Below are positions 36,034 through 47,422 of a DNA stretch of 64,000 nucleotides, in pieces. The stretch spans positions 203,771-267,770 of the forward strand of contig QPGO01000066.1 in NCBI GenBank assembly GCA_008632985.1, written 5' to 3'. Numbering within the stretch: the first letter of the stretch is position 1; each line of letters starts with the position of its first letter. The notes below the pieces were generated by a model. It saw only the letters and a list, made by a program, of their open reading frames with translations. It had not been told where the DNA came from and did not search any database. The position numbers and the translations under genes were made by a program. This DNA comes from Psammoneis japonica (taxonomy: Eukaryota).

Positions 36034-37320
36034 ATGCCCCAGACGAGAAAGACGGCTAGGAGATTCAAGAAGAAGCCATCTCGCTGGATCGTCTTACCGT
36101 ATTTGTTGGTCATACTCATTTCCCGCATCTTTCGTATCGAGCTTCATCTGCCTTACACCGAAGACAGCTGTGAATCTTCCGATTGCGAATCATGGGCACC
36201 GCCAAAAGATTTTCCCTTTACGTTTTCGGCTTGCATAATTGTCAAAGACGACAATCGCATCATACCCGAATGGATTGCCTATCATTATGAGACACTCCCT
36301 CTCCGCCATTTGATCGTTGCGGTCGATCCATACAGCAGAGTTTCGCCAGAACCGATTCTGGAAAAATTTCGGACGTTACCCAACATGACGATTGAATTGT
36401 GGCATGATGAAGATTATCTAGCAGAGGGAGAGTTTCGAGACGACAATGCTGACAAAGAGAAGCGATACCAATTGCATCTTCTTCGTCAAAGGAAATTTAT
36501 GAGCAAATGTCTGGTTTCGCTCAAGCAGAAAAACAGAACGTGGACAATGCTCGTAGACCCAGACGAGTATCTGATTTTCAACGACTATGACAAAGACGAG
36601 GAAGCAACACCGTGGTGCCTAGGGGACAAAAATAGGACTGAATGTCAAGTAAAGTTTTATGAAGACATTGAGAAGGGGGTGCACCCACGATCAAGACTCC
36701 CCAAAATCGGGGAGGCTACGGTGGCACACTATATGGCTAATGAGCTTAATCGCGCCGATAGGTACTGGCATTTCGATAAGCCATGCATGGTGCTTCCCCG
36801 TGTTTTGTTTTCAAACGCAGCAAGCTCACCGAATGAGACTCAAGCCCAGGTTCCTGAAGGATTTGATCCTAACGCATTTTACACACTCCGATACCGCCAT
36901 CACCAGGCGCATCAAAACAAATTTCCAGGGAAACCCCTCATGGATGCCTCGCAGTATGATGGTAGCTTCGTGCCGTCTCCTCACATCGTTAATCGCGAGC
37001 TGTGTGTTAACTCCCCTTTTGTTTCGTATGCAGAAGCAATGTTTCGCGTACAGCACTATATTGGCCCCAAGGGCACATTTATGGGTCGAAAGAGCGAGGC
37101 AGATTTCAAAAAACGCGTAGCTAGGCTTGGAAGGATTGCGGGTACGAATGATGAGATTCGGGGATGGCTGAAATCTTTTGCACATCGTGTCGGCAAGAAG
37201 AAGGCCTATGAATTGACTGAAAAAACGACACGGGATGCTCATGCAGAAATGAAGACGTTAATGGAGGCATCATTGAACAAAACAAATTCAACAAATTCTC
37301 AACCGGTAGCGGTAGTGTAG
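36034..37320 (+). CDS. Glycosyltransferase-like protein, paralog 2
   Basis: ATG at 36034 precedes a TM helix; SACIIVKDDNRIIPEWIAYH; VDPDEY. Confidence 0.88.
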   Translation: MPQTRKTARRFKKKPSRWIVLPYLLVILISRIFRIELHLPYTEDSCESSDCESWAPPKDFPFTFSACIIVKDDNRIIPEWIAYHYETLPLRHLIVAVDPYSRVSPEPILEKFRTLPNMTIELWHDEDYLAEGEFRDDNADKEKRYQLHLLRQRKFMSKCLVSLKQKNRTWTMLVDPDEYLIFNDYDKDEEATPWCLGDKNRTECQVKFYEDIEKGVHPRSRLPKIGEATVAHYMANELNRADRYWHFDKPCMVLPRVLFSNAASSPNETQAQVPEGFDPNAFYTLRYRHHQAHQNKFPGKPLMDASQYDGSFVPSPHIVNRELCVNSPFVSYAEAMFRVQHYIGPKGTFMGRKSEADFKKRVARLGRIAGTNDEIRGWLKSFAHRVGKKKAYELTEKTTRDAHAEMKTLMEASLNKTNSTNSQPVAVV

Positions 37321-38799
37321 AGGTTGATTTGGCTTCTGAGTACTATTATATGCACGTCAATGACCCAGACCTCCTTCCTGGACAGTCCGAAGAGTCGCCG
37401 CTAGAGTATAGCTTTCAGGCTTGAGGCTTGTTGCTGCGTTAACTCGAGAACCTCAAATTTTGCGATTCTTGCGTGTGATCAAATGTAGTTCATTAATCCG
37501 ATCCACATTGTCAAAATGAGAGTACACGAGCTCGTAAAATGTGGATTATAGTTTTCATGATGCTGCTGTGCTGTTGTGGTTCATGCATCGTGCTGACTCA
37601 TCTGTTGTTGATTTTAATTTTCGTTTTCTGTGAGAGAGAGGCTTGTGTCTGTATCTCATTGGCTGATGCAAGCAATTTGTGATGACTTGACAAAAGTCAT
37701 GGATGTGTGCTTGTGTCATCAAAGCTGCCCCTGCATTGTCAACGTGCCAAAAAAAAAAACCGACTCTTTGCACAAGGATGCCTTTCTCAAGCCAAAACTG
37801 CAAAAAAATGAAGGGCTGGTTTGAAAGCATTTTTTGCATTTCTGTGAATTGTTGCAGATGACCTGAACATGTGTCACTTCAACCTGTGACAAGCAGCAGA
37901 CATTTAACCTGCCACACCCAAGACACCAGCTTGTTGCTTGAACAATGTGTTGTCTGGCCATCATTGCTTGAGCAAGAACGACAGCATCTTGTTTTTGCAC
38001 ATTTGAGGTCACACAAACAAATCTGTCATGGTGAAAGCAGCTTGAGCTGGATGCCAGTGGCAAATGCCTCAATGTGGGCCTTGCAGTGGCATTGTTTTGC
38101 CTCTTCCTGCCCCATCATCATCATCATGCTGTCATCGCAGCCATCACAGAGAACAATCTTTGGAGCTCAGTCAGACAATGCTGTCAAGACAGGCAAGCAG
38201 CTTTGCCTTTCCAGGAGCAGCAGCCATTAGAGAAAAGGGACAGAAATGACAAAACAGACAAAAAAGATGGAACCTGGTGTGACTGGCAACCACGCAAAAT
38301 GTGCAACACTGCTCACTCTCTGACAGCTGCACCAGATGATCCATGAACTGCCAACAAGACCATTGTCAAGTTGATCAAAGATGACATCCAATGTGAAAAC
38401 ATGCTGCAGACCTGGAGAGTCACCTTGGTGAGAGAATTGCAGTGCATTGCAGCACATGACTGAATGGGCTGGAGAGCATTGCAGCACTGGTTCTGTGGTG
38501 ATGAGTGTCCAATGGAAGTTCAAGTCCATTGCTGGTGTTGATTTTGTCCAGACCATTTTCTCAAAAAATGATTGTTGAAAGTCACAAAGAGAGTTGGTCA
38601 TGGCAAACCACAAAATGACAAGCCAAAAGCAAGCCACCAAGCTTCCTCAAGCAAAATGACATCAATGCTGAATCACCAGCCTGCTGTCCAGCATCACCTC
38701 CCCTGAAAAAAACCTCATTTTGCAAATGCCCACATGATTTTCTCTTCTTGCATTCATGTGCATCACTCTCATTGTTGTTGTTGTTGTTGTTTTTAATTC

Positions 38800-39430
38800 C
38801 CTTGTCATGATGTCCAGTGGCATTTCTCTGGCCAATGATTTCGCTGCAAACAATGATGTCACTGTCATTGACATTGACGTGGAGCATTCTCCTCTTGATG
38901 ATGACCGTGATGATGGTGACAGCAAACCCAATGACAGCCCCAATGATGCCAGTGCCAACGACAGTTTGTGCAATGTCAACAATGATGATGCCTCTCATGA
39001 GAAAGATGAGAAGATGCCGGACCACCCAGAATGGCTCATCAATGAGAAAGACACCACTTCTGATGGGTTGGCGCATGATGTCACCACTGGCTCTCCTTCC
39101 CACCCACCTGCATCTTCTGCTTGTGATGCTCACAAAAGCCCACCTGCATCCCATTCAGATGTGCTGTGCTCAGTTTCTGTGCCATCGTTCATGGAAGGCT
39201 GTGGCACTCACTCTGCAGAGGGCCCACTCAAGGAGCAAAGCAAAGAACTTCTTGCAAAAGACTGGCTCACTGTTGATCTTTGCAACAAGACAGACAGCTT
39301 GGCTTCAACCAAGGAAGAGTTTCTAGATGGATCTAAAAACCAATGGTGCTTGGATGCACTCAAGCAAAAGTGCCACAAGATGTTCCCACTTTGCAAGCTG
39401 CGCCAGGCTGCAGTCCATCAACTGGCTGAT
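38800..39430 (+). mobile_element. Possible remnant of a Mutator-like transposase N-terminus
   Basis: Acidic leader then WLTVDL...LKQKCHKMFPL..LRQAA, reminiscent of diatom MULE-type ORFs from memory only. No catalytic core seen. Confidence 0.25.
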
Positions 39431-42400
39431 TTTTTGCAGAGAATGACTTGGATCAACTGTGCGTGGTGGCTGCAAGGGTGTTGAGCACAATGCTGGACTG
39501 TGCACAAAAGGGTTTGTCCATTGATGCAACCTTCAAAACCATGTTGTTGATGACCAGTGTGTGGACTTGCCATGACAACCCCATCTTGGCACAAAGCAAG
39601 ATCAAGAACAGAGCAGCAAAGCAGAGCTGGCTCATGTCTTTCCAAGAATGTTGCTGCACTGCAGCCATGGTCATTTGAGCCATTGGTGCTCAAAAGCATT
39701 CTGCAAATGTTGTTGATTGTCTTGCCTTGAGTGAGGATGACATCATCTGTCCACCAAGAAAACAAAGTTTTCAGAAATGCTCAGCGGGCAAAACAATGGG
39801 TCATTCACAAGACAACTGCTGCCCAAGTCTGCATGCTTTCAAGAGACCACCCCTCAAGGTGAGAGGCATGAAGCAAAGGTCAGTCCCCTCTGCACTCAAC
39901 TGCAAAATGCCCATGTGTTTCACACAATGCACCGTGATGCTGACGACAATCCTGCAGTCCACAAAACACACCCCAATGGTGGACAATTGCAACAACAGTT
40001 GCTCTGCAAACTCCTTGTGGACAATTGTGCAGATCCAATTGGCAGTTCCTTGATTGCTTGCAAGCAAGGCTCAGTGCTGCCCATTTTTCCACATGGCAAC
40101 AGCATGCCAGCCTTGTGTGACTCTTTCTTTTGGAACAACAGCTGGTTCAGAAAGGAGTTGTCCATCCACTTTTCCTCTTTCCAAGCACCCTTCCCATTTT
40201 GCTCACAAAAACATCTCATTCCATCAAAATGTGACAAGCATTTTGTGACAAAGCTGAAATTTCTTCACAGATGCATTCGCAAAAGTGAGGCACCTGCCCA
40301 GGTCCAGTTTCTTTTTCAAAAATTTGTTGAGCTCTTTGATGCAAGTGTGGCCAGTCACTCATCCACTTGGGAAGGAAACTGATGCCAATCTTGTTGCAAA
40401 TGGTGTGTTTCTCAACCAAGTCTTTGCAATTCTGTGTGTCCCTTGTGACAAAGTTGTGGATGGTCTTGTGGCATGATGAGCATGCCATCACGTTGTTGAG
40501 AGACTCTCCAAACATGTGCCACAAAAAAAAACACAAAGAATCACAAGGAAGCAACTTTGTGCTGCCACATCCACTGAGGCATGACAACTGGAATCTTTGA
40601 CACATTTTGTCTGAGCTGACAAAATCTTTGCAAGTTCCCACCCAGGTGCAGTTTGTTTGAATTCCTTGAAAAGCTCAAAACAACCATCTGGCACAACAAG
40701 CACCCCAAATGCATCCCATGACAACTTTGAGGCTTGGCATGGAGCAAAAGCAACATGCAAGTGGTGATTCCTCCAAGAAACACAGGGCTCTGTGAAAAGA
40801 AATGGAAGGCACAGAGCATGGAAACCATTTCCAGCATGCTCAAATTGAAACTCAGAGCTGGACAAATGATGCAATCCATTGCCATCATTGCAAATGATGG
40901 TGGATCAAGACTGCACTTGTTGTGCACAATGTCAAACCCTGGAAGATGCTGGCATTGTTCTCCTTCTTGCAGGTGATCATCAATGAAGTGACATGACTCC
41001 TCAAAGCCATTGTCAATCTTCCATGATTTCTTCCAGCAAAACATCATGGTTTTTGCGATTGTCACACACGTTGTCAGTTGATGGACACATTTGTCCATTG
41101 AGGCCAAGCCAAGCACCACATGCAACCTTCAATGTTCCAATGACAGATTTGATGATGGCCTTGTCATCCTCATGGCAACCACAGTTGTTCTTGATGTCAC
41201 CAACAGACAACCGCATGGACTCCAACACATTGTCCTTGCAATCAGTTTGGGCGTGCCAATGTTTTTTGCACTTGGGGTTGTGCTGCATCTGTTGCAGAAA
41301 GAAAAGGGTGGAAAGTTGCAGATGGATCCATCACTCCATTCATCCAGAGCAGACACAATCCTTGCATCACAAAAGTTGGAGAAGGTGATTTGGCAGCATG
41401 GCATCCTTCCCATCCTTGTGAGGCAACACTGATTGGCACTTTGTCAAATGAAGCAAACTGGGCTCATGTGTCATTCCCAATGGGAAATGAACAGTCTGCC
41501 TCTCCAAATGAGGAGAGATTTCCTGCTGGATTTGGAGATGCCACAATGGCTGGAATTGGGCTTTTCAAGTGCAAAGCCAAGGTTGAAAATGGATTCCTCA
41601 AGCAAGTGACAGCAAGAACCTTGCTTTGTGATTGACAGGAACACATTGCAGCTGGCCAGTGAAGAGAAAACTTTCATTGGAAAAAGAGAAGGGTCAGTGC
41701 ATGCAGCCCTCAAACCAGGACCATTGCCATCAACAAGCTGCATGTTTTCCAAGCCATCTGATTCAGGGACATTGACAATGAAGAGTGCATCTTGTTGTCC
41801 ATCAACTGGGACATTTGCAAAGTTGTTGGTGCCTGTGCTCAATCCAACAGAGGAACAGCCACAGTCAGAATCAACATCATCATCAGTTTTTGACATGCCG
41901 CCACCACCATCAGCCCAGATGATGACACCTCCAACACCACTGTCTGCATCAATGGTGTCACCACCTTTCTACATGCCACAACTGCCACCAAAGCAGGCCA
42001 CAACATCAACCCTGGCAAAACCTCCAACACAATTGGCACAACATTTGGAAGCAGCAACACAAGTTGAGGCTGGAACACAGCAAGCATCACCCACCACAGG
42101 AACACTGCCCAAGACCGACCACCCCACCATGAGGGTTGCTAAAGACAGGTGTGGTTGAACCAAGAGAGCACCCATGAAGCTGCCAGAACATGAGCGGAAG
42201 CCACAATGCTGTGCATTGCATGTCATGGCCAGCTGTTGGGACCAGGGCATTGTGACATGGCTGCCATGCAATGGTGCAGCACCTTGATGCACAGCATTCT
42301 GACCCCCCCCCCCCCCGGCTCAAAAGAACCATTGCCTGAACATGTCTTTCTACAATGCTGCTTGGCAGGCTTTCTCCCTGCAAAGAAATCTCAGCACAAA

Positions 42401-43346
42401 ATGTGCTGACGCACAATCAGCATTGAGTCTGCTGAGGAAGTTTGTGATGCACATTCCACCATGAGGACTTAACACCCAACAAAAAACTGTTCAAGTGTGC
42501 GCACTCTAGACGCCTGTAAAAGCCAATCTGCTTGAGCATTTTATGTGAAAATGCTGCATGCGCCAAAAGATGCACAATTTACATTCAAAGTTGATTGTCA
42601 TTTTGTGTGTCACCTGGGACTGGAGCACGTCTGAAGCAGCTTTCCATGATGCACCCGGAAGGGAGAGAGGCATTTCACAGGTTTACACTGGAAAACACCT
42701 GGATTTGTGCAGGACAAATGTTTTGCAGCTGCCATTTTTGGATGAGTTGTTCGTGCCGAGTGTTGTGTCAGATGTGCACAAAGCAATTTTACATGTCACA
42801 CAATGATGTTGATGCAAACAAAATCCTGGTCTCACAAATGTGAGTCAGGGGGCAGAATGACCCAATGTGAGACAGACAAATGCACGGGGCTTCACGGGGC
42901 ATCTCTTGGCCGATTGCTGTTTGACAAGATGGTTCATCAAAAGTCTGGCTCCAAGACTCCTCCTGCTGATGGATCCTGTGAAGGCAAGAAAAGATCCAAA
43001 GTGGTGTGTTCACCTCTCCAATTTGTTGTGACAACAGCGATGATGAGTGCGTGCAAATCCAACAGAACAGCCATTGTTGGGCTGGTGTGCAATGACTCTT
43101 GCTGCCTGTGGTCTGGCTGTTTAGATGACAAACAACAAACACATGGCAGTGTTCAGCTTTGGACAAAGAATCAACTTTGTTTGCTTGCACAGTGCTTGCA
43201 TTTTGCTGGAATGATGTGGCACAGCTGCGGAGGATTGTCATTTGGTCCAACCAAATTCATGTGGCCGTTTGAGTCAAAATCATGAGGTTTGTGTGGGAAA
43301 AAAGGGGCTGAAGCACATTTTTGGTAAGATCCCCGGTCGGCGTTAA

Positions 43347-43760
43347 TGCCATGCCAACATCAAACCAAGCAACATGATGCTGGAAGGGGCCAGGGGAAAA
43401 ACAGTGGTGACGATTGACTTCGGATCCAGTGTTTCATGCGGTGAGAGCATCACTGGGCTCTCTTTTGATTTCGGACTGGACTGTTCTCCCAAAGGCTTGC
43501 TTGAGTGTGACCTGACTTGTCTGGCAGTTTCCATTTTGCACATGACGACTTCGACAAACAATCCGCTGAGGGAAGAAGTGACATGAGCCGGGCTCGCGCG
43601 TGCTGTCGGAGACCCATCAAACATTGCTTTGAGGGTCGCAAAAGCTTGTTTGATGGAGGGCAAGAGCATCAATGAAATTTGGGAAGAGGCCAAGGGGTTC
43701 ACAGAAAGCCGGTTTGGAAATGCGGAATGGCTTGTCGACTTTGAGCACATGTTGCCACAG
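43347..43760 (+). pseudogene. Protein kinase C-lobe fragment
   Basis: CHANIKPSNMML (HxDIKPxN with gccGac->gccAac) followed by TIDFGSS; in-frame TGA at 43584. Confidence 0.75.
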
Positions 43761-46068
43761 GCGACCTCCCCCCCAAGGCCACAATGGGTTTAATCATGTC
43801 TTTCATTTGGCTCCCAAGTTTAACCATGTGTGGCTGAGCTGCTTTCTAAGACAGGACCAATGCCCCAATTCCCCAACCAATTTACAAACCAAAAATGCCA
43901 GGAATCAAATTGAGTGTTGATTCTCTTTGTGGGAGCTTGTGGTTGTGCGGAGTGAGCTGCGTGCACTTGCGCATGGCAAAGCACCATGCATTGGTTTTCC
44001 ACAGAATTTCCATTGACAAGGCAGTCTGTCAGGCAAGACAAACCAAGAGAGAGAGACGTCACATGCATCTAGACTCACAAGAAGCTTGAGCTGTTTTGAC
44101 TGATTCTCCCCCTGTCACAATCGACTGAAACAATTTCACACAGTTCTGTGCAAAATCATGACCAGGTCCTCATTTGTCTCTTGAACCCAGTGGTCTCCGT
44201 TCACATTGTTGCCCAAGACTTGTTTGTAAGTTCCACCTCCTTTTTTCTCCCACCAAAGTGATGGTGCCCAGTGCTTTGACACTTTAAATGTGCCCATCTC
44301 ACATCCATGTCCCGGATCTTCTTGGTCCTGTGTGACTTTTTCGGTGCTGCAAGTGGAGTTGTTATGACAGCTGCTGGTGAACACCCACATGTGTTGACTC
44401 TCTGTCCTTCTGTTTGGTTCTTTGATGCACATGGAGAAATTCATTTTTTCTGCAACACAAGGAATTTCTTGGTCATGGAATGTTCAACAATGCTCTGTGT
44501 GGCACACAGACTTGACCAACAAACTCAAGTTTCACATCACAAGTGCCAGAAAAGTGCATGTTGATTTGACAAATTTGCACTTGGGGGGATTTTTGGGTCT
44601 TGTGACTTTCTAAAATTGAAGCTGCAGCTGCCAGCAGAGACCACCTGAGCAGCAGTTTTGACAAGAATGCCAAAGATTTCAAGCAGGAGGCAGATCTGCA
44701 GGCAAGACAATGCAGGGGTTTGGGGCTGACCAAAGCTTTCAAAACACCCAAAGTGGCAAACAAAGGCATCTTTCTACCTTGGCATCTGCAAGCAACAAAA
44801 GAGTTGCTGGAAGTGTTCCATGTTCCCCTGTGGACAGCAATGACACAGAGTCGTGCACAAAGATCACATGCGTGCAACCAGTGCAGTGGCAAAGGCACAA
44901 CTGGCAAACCTCCAGAGAAAAGGTTTTGTTGATGTTGTGCTGTTTTGTGACACATGTGCTGTGTCGTGCTCACTCTGCTGTGGCTTGTGTGAGAAGTTCA
45001 GCGCGTTGCTCCAGCCATCTCAACATTTGACCAAACAGCAAACTTCTTGGCATCATTGCTGGAAACATGGAAAAGCAACTGTTGTCTCACACTTCTTCTT
45101 TTTGGATTCTAGAAAGCCTTTTGTCTGTTTCTCAATGACTGGTGCAACCAATTTTTTGTGCTGCTGCCCAGCACTGGGTCACAATGTGCAGATCAGATGA
45201 CTTTTTGCACAACAACGTGTCTTTTTCAACACAAAACCACACAAATTTGAAGGGCCAAAGGGCTGGTTTGAAATCATGCTGCACTTGTGAAGTTTTTTGA
45301 AACTCACAAGTGGCGTGATTTTTTCAGCCCTTTTTCAATGTTGCTGTTTGAAGTCAAAGATGCCTGGAGAATCAGGCTGCTGTTGTTTTTTGCATCTCAT
45401 CATTCATTCCCTCCCTCGCTGCCATGTTGTCTCACACTGTCATTTCACTGGAAAGACACCCATCAAGGACTTGTCCTGTCATTGCAAAAGAAAGCACCAC
45501 ACGTCTTCTGGAGCTCAGCCACACGCAGCATCATGCAAAAACCAATGAAGCAACGTCAGCATCGCCAGAGAAAAGCACAAAAAAAGAGCTGCACGCTGAA
45601 CATGTGGCTGACAACCATGTGAAATGTGCAACACGGCAATGCACACTCTCTGACAATTGCACTGGATCATTCATCAACTGCCAAGATCATCAGCAAGTTG
45701 ATCAAAGAAGAGGCTCATTGTGAAGGTGTGCTGACCGAAAGCTGCAGAACCACCTGTTCTGTAGAATTGATTAAGTGATAGAGTTGGAGTGTTGGTTCCT
45801 CGGTGATGTATGTCCAACGGAAGTACAAGCCCGTTACTGGCGTTGATTTTATTCATTACTGAAGTTACGTATTTCGATCTATATGTTTATGTAAAGAAAC
45901 GCAGGATAATGATAGAGCTTGCACATCTCGCGGGCTTTTTTGATTATTGTTTTCCTTTTCAAAAAAAAAAAAAAGCAGGGACATATTGCTTTGGAATGAC
46001 ATGACACCTCATACTGTACCTCATATCTCACTCATCGCCCCCTGCTGTTGCGCCCCAGAGTTACCACC

Positions 46069-47307
46069 ATGAAGTTCCTGTCAAAATGTTTTGCCGCTGC
46101 TCTTGTACTTGAAATGCTTTTTTTGAATTTTTACCATTTTTTCACAGAATCTTCTCTCGAGTTTACAAAAGACGAACCTTGGGACGAGGGCAACGCACCC
46201 CCAACCGATTTTCCCTTTACATTTTCAGCTTGCATAATTGTCAAGGACGACAATCGAGTCTTGCCAGAATGGATTGCCTATCATTATGAGGTGCTTCCTC
46301 TCCGTCACCTGATTATTGCGGTCGATCCATACAGCAAAACTTCGCCAGAACCGATTCTGGAAAAGTTTCGGACGTTACCCAACATGACGATTGACATGTG
46401 GCGTGACGAGGATTATCTAGAAGAGGGAGAGTTTCGAAACGACAATGCTGACGAATATAGGCGATACCAATTGCATCTTCTTCGTCAACGGAAATTTATG
46501 GGCAAATGTCTGGTTTCGCTCAAACAGAAAAACCGAACGTGGACAATGCTCGTAGACTCCGACGAGTATTTGATTTTCAACGACTATGACAAAGATGAGA
46601 AAGCAAGTCCCTCCTGTCTCAATGTTGTAAACGCAACTGAACGCTCTAATTGTAAGAAGAAGTTTTTTGAGGACATTGAGAAGGGAGTGCATCCACGATC
46701 AAGACTCCCCAGAATCGGGGATGCTACTGTGGCACACTATTTGGCTAACGAGCTTGACCGCAGCGATAGGTACTGGCTTTTCGATAAGCCATGCATGATA
46801 TTACCCCGTGTTTTGTTTGCGAACAATGCAAGCTTACCGAACGAGACTCACGCCCAGGTTCCCGAAGGATTTGATCCTTATGCATTTTACACACTCCGAT
46901 ATCGCCATCATCAAGCGCATCAAAACAAATTTCCAGGGAAACCCCTAACGGATGCTTCCAAGTACACTCCGGGCTATGTGCGATCCCCACACTATCTCAA
47001 TCGCGATCTGTGCGTCAACTCTGATTTTCCTTCGTATGCAGAAGCTCTATTTCGAGTGCATCACTATATTGGCCCCAAGGAGGTATTCACGAGGCGAAGA
47101 AGTGAGGCAGATTTCAAAAACCGGGAAGCTACAGTTGGAAGGATTGTGGGTACAAATGATGAGATTCGGGGATGGCTGCAATCTTTTGCACGACGGGTCG
47201 GCAAGAAGAAGGCGTATGAGTTGACGGAAAAATTGACGCTGCATGCGAATGCTGAAATGATGCGGATAATGGATGCATCCAACAAAACGAATTCAACAAG
47301 TTCTTAG
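46069..47307 (+). CDS. Glycosyltransferase-like protein, paralog 3
   Basis: ATG at 46069, TM helix, SACIIVKDDNRVLPEWIAYH, VDSDEY. Confidence 0.9.
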   Translation: MKFLSKCFAAALVLEMLFLNFYHFFTESSLEFTKDEPWDEGNAPPTDFPFTFSACIIVKDDNRVLPEWIAYHYEVLPLRHLIIAVDPYSKTSPEPILEKFRTLPNMTIDMWRDEDYLEEGEFRNDNADEYRRYQLHLLRQRKFMGKCLVSLKQKNRTWTMLVDSDEYLIFNDYDKDEKASPSCLNVVNATERSNCKKKFFEDIEKGVHPRSRLPRIGDATVAHYLANELDRSDRYWLFDKPCMILPRVLFANNASLPNETHAQVPEGFDPYAFYTLRYRHHQAHQNKFPGKPLTDASKYTPGYVRSPHYLNRDLCVNSDFPSYAEALFRVHHYIGPKEVFTRRRSEADFKNREATVGRIVGTNDEIRGWLQSFARRVGKKKAYELTEKLTLHANAEMMRIMDASNKTNSTSS

Positions 47308-47422
47308 TCTGTATTAGCGCGGAGGTTGAGAGTCCTACGCGCACCATTGACCACAAAATACCGAGCAGCACATGTTCTAGACATTCGAATCCAATTTTCC
47401 CCTACTTATGTTGAAGAGTATG

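Larger units (their letters stand above)
37555..45755. other. TpA-depleted (and CpG-poor) domain 6: mosaic of old transposon and gene fragments
   Basis: 8.2 kb with very few TA and dense short Cys/His-rich ORFs in all six frames. Confidence 0.95.
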
